Positions 13,625 to 27,312 of a stretch of 64,000 nucleotides of DNA are shown piece after piece. This DNA comes from Octopus vulgaris (taxonomy: Eukaryota): positions 95,790,001 to 95,854,000 of the forward strand of contig OX597818.1 of NCBI GenBank assembly GCA_951406725.2. Direction: 5' to 3'. How positions within the stretch are numbered: position 1 is the stretch's first letter; every line of letters begins with the position of its first letter. Under the pieces are notes generated by a model that saw only the letters and a list, made by a program, of their open reading frames with translations, was not told the DNA's origin and searched no databases. Position numbers and translations under genes: made by a program.

Positions 13625-13885
13625 TACACATACATATGTATGTATGTATGTATGTATGTGTGTGAGTATGTGTATGTTTGTGTCCTCTTGCCTTGATATT
13701 ATGTGATATTTGTAAATAAGTGTCCCCATCATGCAAGTGATTCTTCGTTTTCAATCTTCCATAAAAACATATCTGGACACGGGGAATATTACCACACTTG
13801 GAAACTAGAAGGATATTTGGCCATAGAAAATCTGTCTCAACAAATTCTATCAGACAAATGACAACATGAACAAGTGGACATTAAA

Positions 13886-14247
13886 TGAAGAAGAAGAAGA
13901 AGAGGAAGAAAAAGAAGTATAGGAGGAAGAAGAAGAAGAAGTATAGGAAGAAGAAGAAAAAGAAGAAGAGAAGAAGAAGAAGAAGAAGAGAAGAAGATGA
14001 AGATGAAGAAGAAAAAGAAGAAAAAGAAAAAGTATAGGAGGAAGAAGACGTATTGGAAGAGGAAGAAAAAGGAGGAGAAGAGGAAGAAAAAGGAGGAGAA
14101 GAGGAAGAAAAAGGAGTAGGAGAAGAAGTAGAAGAAGTATAGGAATTTGAAGATAAAGGAGTATAGGAAGAAGAAGAAAAAGAAGAAGTATCAGAAGAAG
14201 AAGAAGAAGTAGTAGTAGTAGTATTTGTAGTAGTAGTAGTAGTAGTG
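13886..14247. repeat. (GAA)n/(GTA)n purine-rich low-complexity tract
   Basis: Seen directly. Confidence 0.9.
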
Positions 14248-14759
14248 AGATTTTTCCAAGGAATAATTTAGTTATACACAGACAAGAAATTGACTTTGAT
14301 AAAATCAATTGTCAATTAGATTATGAAGTTATGAAGATACTCTGGAGAATTTGTTGTAACAACAAGAGCCCTATTCATAAAACTTCCTTTTAAAAAGGAA
14401 AAATTTAGTTTTATTTACAACACAGATGTTACTTCCCGACCATGTAGTCTTGGGTTCAGTTCCACTGTGTAGCATCTTGGTAAGTGTCTTATACTAAAGC
14501 TCCAGACTAAGCAAAGCTTCATGAGTAGATAGAATCCAAGAGAAGACTGTTAGATAACTATGTATTTAAAGCAATATTAACCTACCTACCTACCTACTTA
14601 TTACGTACGTACATACCTACCTATCTACCAATATACATACATCAATGTGTATGTATGTGTATGGTGTGTTTGTGCGTGTGCCCCTGTCTTGATATCAAGT
14701 GATGTGTTTTGCTTTCTTTTAATAAAGATGTTAACAATGCTGAAAAAATACCCATGGAA

Positions 14760-16300
14760 ACATGGTAAAAGTTTATTTGTAAGAGAGGAAATGGTGTTAG
14801 CAGTAGTGATCGTAGTGTGGGTATGGATTCATCAAATTTACATTTTGGAAAGAAAAGGGTAGATGAAAAATGCATCAGTGAAAAGTATAGGTAAGATTAA
14901 TATTTATGAGATATATCTATACTAATGAGATAAAATTTCTTATTAGTGTGGATCATAGAAAAACAGTCAGCTGGTGATTCAGTGAGAAAAATATTTATTT
15001 GTGAATAAGTCTCTTTATAAATCTTCAGAAAGATGCACTTACTTCCAGGGTTGATAGACATTTATAGGTAATGTGAGTTGCTTTGAGTCTTTTAAAAAAC
15101 ATTAGAATATTCATTGTTATGGCATATGACAAGGGAACTACCTCAGTTATTGTAAAAAAGTATCATGCTGAATTTTGTGAGCTTGTAAATGAGGTTTGAT
15201 ATCTGTTCTTTGTGGGTTTTTAATTGCAATGAGACTTGTTGTTTTTAGAGAAACTTATCTACAAGACACAGGACTTAATTTTCTGGATATAAGCCGATGA
15301 AGTATAAGTTAATCTTATTTTTCTGTGCCAGTGTCTCAGATTTGAAGGTAAATCACTCCTGGAGAAAGTCAGAGCCTACAAAAAGATCAACAAGAACAAG
15401 TTTGGTACTTAGTGGAGTTCCAGCTTAAAAGCCTTATTTACTTTGTGGTTTATTAATTTGTTTGCTGGCATTCTACATGGGAGAAGGGTCTTACAATGAA
15501 TGTTTTTATGAGGGATAATTCTCCAGTACATCTTCATAGAAGGCCTATGGCCAGTGGTTAGGGTGTTGCTCTCACAAGTATCAAATTGTGGTTTCAAAAC
15601 CTAGACCATGTGGTGCATTGTGTTCTTGAGAAAACCACCTCATTTTATGTAGCTCCAGGTCACTCAGCTGTAAATGAGTAACCCTGTGTTGGACTGGTAT
15701 CTTGTTTAAGGGGAATATTGTGATCTCAGTCACTTATATGCCATGGAAACCAGGTAATCAACCTGATGAGTCCTAGGGATGAAGACAGAATTACTACTAC
15801 ATTTTCATAACTTCGTAGTCCAATTGCCAGAAGAGTATGATTTTTATCAACATCCATGACCATTTCACTACTATAGACCATGGATCATCAAGTGATTGCA
15901 AATTTTGAAAAAAATTTTATATAAAACATTCATTCAGGGTCTGCTATGGAGCACCCACTCAGTTATGTAGCAGTTAAAAAGTTTCTCCAAATTATTTCAT
16001 CACTACAGATTCTGCGAGTTTAATAGTAAAACCATGGGGTAAGCTTTCTTCTAAGTATTTGATGCTGTCACTTCAAGGGACAAGTGTTTGAGACAGAGTC
16101 TGTCGTTAAAGAAATTATGTTTCAGCTTTTCCATGAATGGGGATGATTTGAATGACTAGATTGACAAGTATAGAAGAGAATCGTCCATTGACAGCCTGAT
16201 AAGCTTCATTGAGAAGAAGCAACAATGAGCGTATTGTGGAAGAGAACTAAAATAGAGTCAAGAGCCATGAAAGTTTTCTTCTTTTGCCTCTGGAGTGAGC
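14760..16300 (+). pseudogene. Tigger/pogo-like transposase remnant, interrupted by a SINE at 15540-15790
   Basis: Fragments LLVWIIEKQSAGDSV (about 14940-14985), VFNCNET (about 15216-15236) and TISLL*TMDHQVIANF (about 15859-15906) match the CENP-B/pogo motifs VFNCDETG and QPMDQ.VI..FK. Boundaries approximate. Confidence 0.7.
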
Positions 16301-16380
16301 TCACAGACATTGTGAAAGCTCACAGACATTGTGAAAGCTCACAGACATTGTGAAAGCTCACAAACATTGTGAGAGCTCAT
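16296..16380. repeat. 19-bp minisatellite (gtgaaagctcacagacatt) x about 4.5
   Basis: Seen directly. Confidence 0.9.
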
Positions 16381-19300
16381 CACTTTTTCTTAAAAGGTGG
16401 CGAGTCAGGTTTTCACTACTTTTGGATTGTAGAGAAAAACAATCTGCAACAATCCATGCTGGATACTTACTTTGAAAGGAATAACTCAGGAACCTTCTAC
16501 TTCTGCTGTACCTTCTTTAGTAACAGAAGACTCTGATGTTCCTCTCTCAGAAAAATGAAGTTCTCCTAAGAGTCTGAGAAGAGACAACTTTTTTTCCCAC
16601 TCAATAATTCCCTCACCCCAGCCTCCTGGCACCCTTCATCCTGGTTGAACAACCTACTAAACTCAAGGGAGAAACTGTGTCATTTTTCGATTATTAATTA
16701 ATAATTTTTTATTCTTTAAATTTATGATTTGCTTTCTTTAAAAATTTAATTAACCATTCCTTCATTTTACAGATTATTTATGTAACTTATCTTGTAATAA
16801 CACTTTTAATATATTAGTTTAATGTTCATTAACTTTATATCTTTGCATGAGAGATATCTTTGAAACGACGTACAGAACTTTATTTATTTTAGTTTGATTT
16901 TTTTTATTTATTGTAGTTTTTACTATTTTTTTTGAATTACTAGATATTTTATCATTATACATATATTGTCTTATTGATTAATTGTGATTTATTAATGTTT
17001 AAAGGACTGCTTTGAGTATTGACTCTTGGTCTTTGGTTGAAGTTTAAGAAAAAATTGTTCCTAAATTCAAATATTTTCATTGATGAATTTTAGTGAATGA
17101 AGTTCAGGAATGAATTAAATTCAATATCACAAAATTAATTGTACATGTGTCTATGTACGTATGTATCATCACCATCATCTTCATTATCATTTAACGCCCA
17201 TTTTCTATGCTGGCATGGGTTGAACAGTTTGACAGGGGCTGGCTAGGCAGAAAACTGCCCCAGACTTCAACTGTCTTTTTTGGCATGGTTTTTGCAGCTG
17301 GATGACCTTCCTAATACCAACCACCTTACAGAGTGGACTGAGTGCTTTTTACATGGCACCAGTACCATACATATGTGTGTGTGTGTGTATAATATATGTG
17401 TGTATGTATGCATACATATATGTATACATTTATACACACAGACACATCTATGTATGTGTGTGTGTGTATGGGAGTGAAGGACTCTTAGTTCTTAGAATTT
17501 CCTAGGGGAAGGTTAAGTCGTATAAAAAAAACTTGAAGTACAGTTGATGACCACTGCATCATCCTTCCATAAAATGTGTTTTTTTAAAAAATATATTTAA
17601 AAACATCAACACTTGTGACCAAGAAACGAGCTAGGTACCAGGTGGTCGTGGGATATGCTGGAAACAACAGCTAAATCTCCCTTAAATCATACATCTTTTT
17701 GTCCGATAATTAGTTTGAAATTCTAAACAAAAACAAATTGGAAATTAAGCTTGCTCGTATTTTAAAACTATGATTTAAAAAGTCCAAATTTTAGGATTAA
17801 TGGGGGTGAGGGGGTAGAAGTTAATGAAACAAAAATTTAGTATTGTTTTCAAATTACATTTCATTTTCTGTTTGAAAAGAATGGAAGTAGGGATTGTAAT
17901 GGTGATTGCCGATGTCCGAAATTTTTTTAACCTTCAAGGCTTCTCCCATCACTTTTAAATGTGAAGTGCAAAAAAAAAAAAAAAAGGCCGAAATTTTCAA
18001 CAATTTTTCTTTCTTTTTTTTATCAAAAAAGGCATCACTCATTTTTTAAGGGCATGTTGAAAAAGGAAAAAAGAAAACCCAAAAAAACAGACAAAATCAA
18101 TCCGGAAGGGAAGGGTGGACGAAGGAGGGATTCATAAAAAATTTTGTTTTCATAAAAACTTTCCCCATAATTTGCAAGGGTGTGGTGAAAAGATAAAAAA
18201 TTGAAAAATTTCCGTCAAAATGGAGAAATCCAACTTGTCAAGGCATTCTATTGTGAAAATTACCCGGCAACGGTGCTGTGTGTGTGTTATATAATGTATG
18301 TATATATTAAAATATATACACAGGCCTACAGAATTTGGGAGCGGAAATGTTTCTGTTGAATCCACAAATATTTCTGCAGCACTTTTTCAAAATGAATCCA
18401 GATTTGTTATTTGCTTTCACCGATCACGTCAGGGTCTTAATATACACATTACTTTGAATTTTCACAAAAAAATATTGTTTTCCTTGATTTTATGTCCTGA
18501 TCTGACTTTGGAGCAGTAGGCCAAAATTAGCAAAATACTTCATTATCACCCTTCCCTTGCACAAAGTCTGAATATAGTTCATTTTGTACTAGATAGGTAA
18601 ATTATAGTAAGATTTCGGCCAGAAATGGAGATGCTTTTTGCCTACGATAAGAGGCCTAGGGTTGTTCTATTCTATTGATACAGAATCTTAAACAACTAAA
18701 TCTGCAAATTATATGCAACAAATGAGGAGAAATACTATGCACACATATCCGTATCCATACAGGTTCACACATATACTAGTGCTAACATACTATCGTAAAG
18801 ATAACATTTTAACTGTGACAAAAATCAGATTCAGAAATATTGTTCACTTAAGTGTTAAAAACACCAGCAACAGATAACATGGCCAACAAGAGGTTGTCTA
18901 TGTGTTAGTGACGCTCTAGCGAGTTGACTTGCTTCAGTTGGTTCCGTTGAACCATATGGTATGCGATCAGTTGAGGCACTGGGTATGGAATTGATGTGAG
19001 TATTATTTGTTCAATTGATGCTATTTTTTTAATGAATTGATGTTGTTTTTCCTCTTTTCCTATTTGTTCTACCAGTTTTGGATTTGTATTTTTAGTGTGG
19101 TTTTTTAATTATACATGTACCAAATACATATGAGCTATATTCCAATAAAAACTAACTTTGTGTATGAACAGGATTTTAATATTACTCTAATGACATAAAT
19201 TGAATAAAACGTTACTTGATATACTTTTTTTTACTTGATTGGTACTTTATGGAAAACAGTACTGACACCGGATCTTTTCATTTCCAAGGCCTGTTTTTTC

Positions 19301-19389
19301 AGATTTTTCCTGGAAATGAAAAGATCCCTGACACCTTGTATTTTAAACAATTGTCATGACTTCCATAAAAGTTTTTGCGAAAGGAATAA

Positions 19390-19745
19390 AAAAAAATAGC
19401 GGGAAAAAAAAGAAAAAATATCAATGCAGCACCAAGTGCTTCAATTGGTCGCACACCACAAGGTTCAACGAAACCTACCAAAGCAAGCCAGCACGCTCGC
19501 TACATTACCACGGGCAATGGCGAGGCTAAGGTATTGGAAAAGCCAAACGCCCTCACAGGCATCACCTAACATCTTGGTGAGGCGAGCTGCCAACGATGAC
19601 AAGAACTTCGCGGTTAGTGGCCCAGTCCCTCCAAACGTCTCAAACGACAAAGGTTGGAAGAGACAGTTCACTGTCAGGGTTTTGTTATGTTCAGCTACGG
19701 AGGCAGTGACCCCCCCCCCATTTACTGCGGCATCCAAGATGTGGG
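19390..19745 (-). mobile_element. CRE-like non-LTR retrotransposon C-terminal (restriction-like endonuclease) fragment
   Basis: ORF 19465..19737: ASVAEHNK...FQPLSFETFGGTGP...LAARL...GD...LFQYLSLAIARGNVASVL matches the CRE-clade C-terminal pattern P.A.ET.G..G ... QRLS.A.QRGNA. Confidence 0.7.
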
Positions 19746-20951
19746 AGAGAGCAAAAGAATCACAGTAACGTCTCAGATCATATCAGAATGTGATAGGTGA
19801 TGCTATATAGTCCCTAGAGTTCGTAACTGATGCTAGTTTCTTAAAACATATTTCGCAATACATAAAAATATTCATGACTGAAATGGCTTGCTTCATGTAT
19901 TAGACGAGACTGATACTGGACAAACATAACATCAGAAGGATATCCTTCTATTGATTACGAAAGAAACACGGTAAAACAAATCGTTTCCAGTAAGCACAGC
20001 TGATGCTTCTCACACAACAATATACATTTCAAGTGAATTTCTGCACAGAAAATTATTCTGAGCAAATGAGATAAAGAAAACAAAACAGTGGAATGTACTT
20101 CGGATCACAAACAAAAATCGTTGAATGTTTGTTAACACAACTTACAACCGTCTGTTGTTTTGTTGGTGTCCAGAGGAAGTCAAAGGAAAAAAGGTTACAG
20201 AAAAAAAAAAATGTCATAATTTTCGTCGAGAAAGAAGTCACTGTCAACTGGAAAAAGTTAATTTTTTATTTAAAAATGCTTTAAACAAAGCAGTAAAACA
20301 AAAAACAGTTTTAAATCGGTTATTAACTGACAGTACGCGACTTGTACACAATTTATATACGATGGCATTACACATGTAAATAAAAAAACAACAAACCTTT
20401 AATTCAATTTCTTAAATAAAATAAGACAATGAAACAAAAAATTTAAACCATTTATTGACAATACATGACGTAGAGATTGAAGACACCTTACATTGTATCG
20501 TGGCGTTAGAAGTATATTCAATATTTTTAATGTTGAGACTAAGACGAATATTCCAGTCGACGCCACGAAGAAACTTTGCAAGTCTTATGGTTCTCCCACC
20601 TTTTCCAGTGATTCCCCCCCCCCCTGGATTCATTCATTCATTCATCTATCTGCTAAATTTCTTTACTTAATAATGCCTTTATCCTAGACATATTTTGATA
20701 ATATACCTCTCCCCGCTCATCTTTCCTCATCCTTCTCTAAAGTCAATAATTTAATTTAATATTCATTGTAAACCATTACTCAGCGATTCTCGTTACGCGT
20801 TATCCTTTTGATATGTGTAGTCCTTCAGACGGCAAAATATCTTTCATTTACATGATGTAGAGACGTATTGAATAATCAGCATTCAGTGAATAAACTCGGC
20901 AGCATGTATTGAGTATACCTTTGTATATCAAAACGTGTGTGTGCATGTGTA

Positions 20952-20988
<37 letters not shown>

Positions 20989-21884
20989 GTCAGTATGCGT
21001 TTGACATACATAGGAGATAAAAGTACTCAATACCGGATAGTAAGGTTTCAGAAACTATAATATACTGCAATTAACTAATGTGATATAGCTGGCAACGAGT
21101 GGTTTTCTGAAATGCCGTGATTTCCTTAAGAATATTCATCAAGTTCGCAAACCCAATTCATTGCTTTTTCAGTTTCTCTTCCGCTCTTGTATGAATTTAA
21201 ATCCTCCTTCATTTTTCTGTTCAAATTTACCTTTAATGAATTCGGGGTGAATAAAATAAAGTACCAGTCATGTAACGGGATCGAAGTTATCGATCAAACA
21301 CTCTTCTCGAAACTTCTGGCCGAGTGCCTAAAGTAAAAACGATAATTAATTTCATTACTCTTGTTTTTACAGTGTTATTACTACAGAAAAAACATTCGCA
21401 ATAAAATTGATAACAGTTACGATAACATCAAAGCAATAACAATAATAATATAATTAGTAGCGACAGAAGCAGTATTAATATGAAAAAGCAACCTTGATCT
21501 CCAACTTAACGCGGAGGTTGAGTTAGACCACAGACTACTGTGTTATTTACCTTTAGACTTGTGGTACATAAAAGCACTTGAATTTACATCGTTGACAGTC
21601 GAGAACCGTCTGCTACAACCGCCGGAACTACCAGATAACGTGATTTCGTCCGACTATGAGCTTTTCAGTTACAGGTATCCAGCTGTATTCAACATAACAG
21701 TTAAATCTCCAGTGAACAATAAATAGAATATCAGTGTCTATTCAGGTACTAATGTTGCAAATGGCCAGTGGGTTTATTAAAAGATAATAGCGACAAAAGC
21801 AGTATTAATACAAAAAGGCAATTTTAATCTCTAACTTAACGTAGAGGTTGTTAGAACTGCGTTATTTAGCTTGATGATGATGAT

Positions 21885-22095
21885 GCTCCTTTCTACTATA
21901 GGCACAGGGCTTGAAATTTTATGGGAGGGGTTAGTCAATTACATCGACCTCCAGTACTTGACTGGTACTTATTTAATCAACCCCGAAAGGATGAAAGGCA
22001 AAGTCGACCTCGGCGGAATTTAAACTCAGAACGTAGCGGCAGACGAAATACCGGTAAGCATTTCGCCCAGTGTGCTAACGATTCTGTTAGCTAGC
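21885..22095 (-). mobile_element. tRNA-derived SINE, family B with Nin/Deu-like central domain (other copies about 1230-1420, 11760-11960, 21070-21340, 33845-34062, tandem 37770-38270, 56160-56420)
   Basis: Minus strand has gagtttaaattccgccgaggtcgactttgcctttcatcctttcggggttgattaaataagtaccag. The GCCTTTCATCC..GGTCGAT..AGTACCA block resembles the Nin domain. Confidence 0.7.
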
Positions 22096-23052
22096 CAAGA
22101 GACATCGGACACAAATTAGACCCTGGGAGAATAGTTAAAGCAAGCATAACGAAATGTAGCATGTCAGGATCAATCAAAATGAATTTACAACTCTTAATGA
22201 CCAGCAAAAGCTATAAAATCATACTATAGAAAGATTGGTGACAAAGGATAGGAGGAATAATTCACATCTTAGAGCTGAAGAATTAAGAACATTGAGCAAA
22301 AACAAGAAAAGCGAAAACAATGAAGTGTAAAAACGAACAATGAACACCAGTTTCCGGAACACCACCAGCCAAATCTCTTGGAATAGTAAGTGGAATATAT
22401 TTATGCCCAGTATCTCAATTGATGCACAAATATTCGGCTAAAGAGGAAGAACAAATAATTATCGATGGATATTTACGAACAATCATTGAAAATACGAAAA
22501 ATCTCAGAAATAGTAAAAAACGTAAAAATAATGAAAACAAGTGAGGAAGAACAATGTCTTCCAAATCAAAACGAGATCCTTCCTCTGGAAAATAACGAAG
22601 AAAATGGAGTGGACACAGACGAATTAAGATTTATCGTTAATCGAAACCCAAAACAAAAGTTATGAGACAAAATTATGGATCTCTGTGCCACGGACTTTCA
22701 GGAGTTATAATGATACAAAATCAACTAAGTTCAGACTATAAACAACATGCAAAAGATAGGATTAAAACTATGATATTACACCACACTTAAAAAAGAATAA
22801 CCTCAAGATGTTCATGCTTTTCAACACCACATATTTCAAAGTGCTCACTGGTGTTTTTGGTTATAGTCGGGTACAATCTGAGAAATTGCTAAGTGAACAG
22901 GGGTGTGGAGTATTCTCTCAAGTTTTATTTCCTTTAATTATACTTTGCTTTCATTATTGTGGGTTATCATTGAAAACTTATAAAAACATATGCATAAATA
23001 TTTTTAAAATAAATATATATAGGCGTAGGAGTGGCTGTGTGGTAAGTAGCAC

Positions 23053-24304
23053 GCTAGGGAGGCGGAGGTGGTGCAGATGTTCATAGCATCAGTAGTCACC
23101 TACCGCCTGACCGTGGTGCCTTGCCCCGATTTGTGGCTGAACAAGTTGGAGAGAATTCTTTTCCACTTTTTGTGGAAAGGAGGAAAGCCACTTGTAAAGC
23201 GCTCTGTCTGCTGCCAGAAACCGCTAAAGGGTGGGCTAGGGATGCCTTGGCTGAAGATGCGAAAATTCGCGTTAAGGTTGAGGCACCTCTGGCTTTACTT
23301 GGATGGAGAACAGGTGTGGTCACTGCACGTTCGTTTCTACCTTCCGCAATTAACGTCCTTAACGGACATTGGTAATTGGATCAAGCAGAGACCTAGGCTG
23401 GGGGACTGGCAATTGGAGTGCCGTCAGGCACTTCAGCTACTCTCTCGGGCGGGCAATACCGGCAACAGGAGTTCCACCGCGGATTTCTATAGCGGGTTAG
23501 TGGAGGTTAAGTCCGAAGACGCCTTGAGGGAGACCCTGGGCTACGATGAAAATCAGTTGATCAACCTGTTCCGGAGAACGTTCGGGCCGGGGTACCTGGA
23601 TGATTACCAGAAATCCCTGGCCTGGCAGTGTTTCCGTGCGGCGTTACCTGTTCGCGACAAGCTGTCAAGGCACGGAAGTGCCGTCTCGCCGACATGTCCG
23701 CAATGTGAGCGGGATAGGGAAACCGTCTTGCACGCATTCGTGGAGTGCTCGGAGTTATCGGGACTGATTGCTTTTGCCGAACACCTGTTGTCAGTGAATG
23801 GAAGAGTACAGCTATCAGCGGAGTCTATCATTGAGATTGTGCCACCTCCCTTCCTCAGCAGGGAAAGGAAGGCTTGTTTTTCCTGCGTAGTAGCCATACT
23901 GAAAGAAACAGTATGGAAGACGCGTACGAAAGGTATAGTGACAGGTACCTTTGTATCCGGCCAGGGGTTTTAACTTTTTTAGTTACCACCTCGGTAGTAA
24001 GATCAGGCTGGAGAAGAGGTGTCTGTCACGAGATATGTTTGTGAAAAGATGGAAGTCTGTAGCTTGCAAGCTGGGTATATTTGGAACCAGGTAAGTGTGG
24101 CCGGATCAAGAAGTAAAGGTTCTACCCAGATGGCTGGGTTCCTTGTCCTACTGTGTAATATTAAATTTGTAAACGTTATATTGTAAATATTGTACACATT
24201 CTATTGTAAATACTAAAACGTTTTAAGCTAATACACTCTATATGTTTGTCTGTATTTGTATGTCCCCTCTATGTAACGCCTTAATGGCGAATTTTCATGA
24301 AATA
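23053..24304 (+). mobile_element. 5'-truncated L1/Tx1-clade LINE with 9-bp TSD
   Basis: TSD aagtagcac at 23044-23052 and 24305-24313. AATAAA lies at the 3' end. Contains ORF 23068..23973. Confidence 0.85.
23068..23973 (+). pseudogene. L1/Tx1 ORF2 C-terminal fragment (post-RT region and CCHC zinc knuckle)
   Basis: FLW.G...KGGLG motif and CPQCERDRETVLHAFVEC (zf-RVT-like). The RT core is absent. Confidence 0.85.
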
Positions 24305-24469
24305 AAGTAGCACATGGTTCCGGGTTCAGTCCCACTGCGTGGTACCGTAGGCCAGTGTCTTCTATTATAGCCTCGGGTCGACAAAAGCCTTGTGAGTGGA
24401 TTTGGTAGACGGAAACTGAAAGAAGCCCGTCGTATATATGTATGTATGTATGTATATATATGTATATTT

Positions 24470-24749
24470 AACCCTATTATCTCCCCTAATTTCGCTCTTG
24501 CGTCTCACGTTTGATCTTTGACTTCTGGCCGAAATCAGATCGCCATGTTGATTCGCTAGCCTCTGCACGCATTTCTTTTCTCTCCTTGTTTCTTTCTGTG
24601 TTTCTTTTCTGTGTATCTTTCTGTTGAAGAGCGTAGGCTCGAAACGTAAAAGACTTGTTTTATTTATATTTCTGAGCGCCATACTAATACAATTGTTTGT
24701 TTGTATTCCACCTGCCTTCGTCTTTTGTTTATTTTCATAAAGCTTCCCG

Positions 24750-24751
<2 letters not shown>
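24470..24751 (+). mobile_element. 3' end of PLE family A
   Basis: Matches 48359-48640 and ends aaagcttcccgtt-(AT)n. Hammerhead-like motif at 24616-24653. Confidence 0.9.
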
Positions 24752-24811
<60 letters not shown>

Positions 24812-25642
24812 GTGTATGCGTTTGTGTGTCTGTGTTTGTCCCCCACCAACATCGCTTGACAACCGATGCCGGTGTGTTTACGTCCCCGTAACTTAGCGGT
24901 TTGGCAAAAAAGGCGATAGAATAAGTATTAGGCTTACAAAGAATAAGTCATAGGTCGATTTGCTCGACTAAAAGCGGCCACAGTCAAATGACTGAAACAA
25001 GTAAAAGAGTATATATTTAATATTTTTATATTTTTTCGATGGCAATGTTTTCCATATATAAATGCTTTCTCAAATAAAATTACTCTAAATTTTGAGACTC
25101 CGACAAAACCACAGAGGGATACTGAACATGCACTGAACTCTGGATGCATTGTATCTTATAGCAGAAACAAATAAAAACAGTAGGAAATGTTTAATTTATC
25201 ATAGCGTCCTCCACCTGAGCGTGTCTGCAGGACCCAATTTGAACAAATCTGTCTAATTGGCTTAAAACCGGCCCTGTTTAGGCATACACACACAACTGTA
25301 CCCTCTCCCAACATTGTTTACTCATAACTTTCAAGAAAATAAATAATTTTTAATGAAACTTTTTGCAAATACCTTTCAGATGATGTTTATTTCGGAACCT
25401 AATCTTAAAAACAATAAAAAACAATTTTGGCATATACATACTTGATACATCACTATTTTTTCAAAAGTTCAACTTTCATGTTACAGATACAGGCGCAGGC
25501 GTGGCTTTGTGGTAAGAAGTTTGCTCCTATGTTCACTCACAATGCATGGCACCTTGGACAAGTGTCTTCTACTACGGCCCCGTGCCCGCCGACCCAAAAG
25601 CCTTGTAAGTGAATTTGGTTGACGTAAATTGAGAGAAGTAGG

Positions 25643-25697
<55 letters not shown>

Positions 25698-25862
25698 TAT
25701 ATAGCCGAAATTGCGAAGATAATCTGGTACTCGACCGAGGAAAGAAAACTTCGAATGACCCATCCGTGTTTTCTTTGTATCGTTTATCTGGATGTTTTGT
25801 TGTCTCCACCTAACTATCCGGATGTTTTGCGTTCTTGTCCCATTTTGTGTGTGTAGATATAT

Positions 25863-26330
25863 AAGCTAAGGATTAAGGTTGTTGAAAAGCCAGGCAACCC
25901 TATCAAATCTATAACTGGTAGAACCTATCCTTTTAGTAGAACCCCCTGTACGGATAAGTACTGTACTGTATGTAGATTTAGCCCACAAAAAAACTGTAAA
26001 GCCAGAAATGTAGTCTATAGTATAAGATGTATAGAGGGACGATGCAGTACCAAGACAACGACATACGTAGGGGAAACGACAAGAAGCATAGGAGAGCGGG
26101 TAAATGTACATTGGAGACAACTTAAGGAAGGTAAAAGCTCATCGATTCTGTACCAACATGCCGAACAGGAACACAGGGGATCAATCAACAACATAGAAAT
26201 TAAAATATTGTCCACACATAGAACAGATGCAACAATCAGACAAATTACAGAAGCTACACACATAATAGAAAATAAACCTAGCCTGAATAGAAAACTAGAA
26301 TGGAACACTAACACACACCACAACATATGA
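25863..26330 (+). pseudogene. GIY-YIG endonuclease domain of a second PLE family (Naiad-like), 5'-truncated; missed by ORF track
   Basis: Stop-free 155-codon frame KLRIKVVEKPG...CTDKYCTVC...CKARNVVYSIRCIEGRC...YVGETTRSIGERVNVH...RQITEATHIIENKPSLNRKLEW. Clade assignment is inferred from motifs. Confidence 0.85.
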
Positions 26331-26563
26331 CGGTAGAGGATCCCGAAAACATAATAAATACACAGATAAATAAACAAATAGAAATAAATAACTATATATA
26401 TATATTTTTTTATTATTTATTATTATTATTACTAGTATTGTTGTTATACATACATACATACAAGCATATGTAATGATAATAATAATAAAGGGATGTAAAC
26501 ACATGAACAAAATAAGAATAAACAAAAACAACAACAACAAAAACAAATTACATGAACATATAT

Positions 26564-26776
26564 ACTCTTTTACTTGTTTCAGTCATTTGACTGCGGCCAT
26601 GCTGGAGCACCGCCTTTAGTCGAGCAAATCGACCCCGGGACTTATTCTTTGTAAGCCCAGTACTTATTCTATCGGTCTCTTTTTGCCGAACCGCTAAGTG
26701 ACGGGGACGTAAACACACCAGCATCGGTTGTCAAGCAATGCTAGGGGGACAAACACAGACACACAAACACACATAC

Positions 26777-26843
<67 letters not shown>

Positions 26844-26998
26844 TACGACAGGCTTCTTTCAGTTTCCGTCTACCAAATCTACTCACAAGGCATTGGTCGG
26901 CCCGGGGCAATAGCAGAAGACACTTGCCCAAGATGCCACGCAGTGGGACTGAACCCGGAACCATGTGGTTGGTTAGCAAGCTACTTACCACACAGCCA
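26564..26998 (-). mobile_element. Family A SINE inserted in the 3' UTR of the Naiad-like PLE
   Basis: Near-identical to 2193-2607. Confidence 0.85.
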
Positions 26999-27153
26999 GA
27001 AGATACAAATATTACAGGCATACCCCCCACACACACTAAATAAACATAGACGCACATAGAGATATAAGCATACGCAAATGAAAACATACAATAGAAATAC
27101 AAAATGGCTGACGGTTAGTAAGGAGAGACACAAATAAGAAAGAATACAACAAA

Positions 27154-27198
27154 GGACCACTGATGCGGTCACAGGAGTGTGACGAAAGAACTCTGGCC
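27154..27198 (+). ncRNA. Hammerhead-like motif downstream of the Naiad-like ORF
   Basis: ggacca CTGATGC g gtcaca-ggag-tgtgac GAAA g aa CTC tggcc. Stems I and II pair; core position 9 is C instead of A. Confidence 0.6.
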
Positions 27199-27312
27199 GA
27201 AATAAGATTAAGATTAATGTAAAAAATAAATAACACTGAAGCAAAGTAACACCAAATATATAGTGCGTGTGTTTTTATTGGCTAAACTGGCAAAATGACC
27301 ATTCCGAAATAT

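Larger units (their letters stand above)
23021..25010 (+). mobile_element. Family A SINE split by an L1/Tx1 insertion and a PLE 3' end
   Basis: Head 23021-23052, continues 24305-24469, resumes after (TA)n at about 24800-25010. Confidence 0.85.

Noticed and set aside
16296-16380. Partly palindromic 19-bp repeats as a CRISPR array
   Set aside because: Head-to-tail with no spacers; an ordinary minisatellite.
22090-22850. Possible LINE remnant or exon (ORF 22465..22665)
   Set aside because: Only a faint TKFRL-like hint; too degraded to call.
26326-26352. ATGA...AAA as a SECIS element after the Naiad-like ORF
   Set aside because: No complementary 3' strand or GA quartet partner is visible, and there is no in-frame TGA in the fragment.
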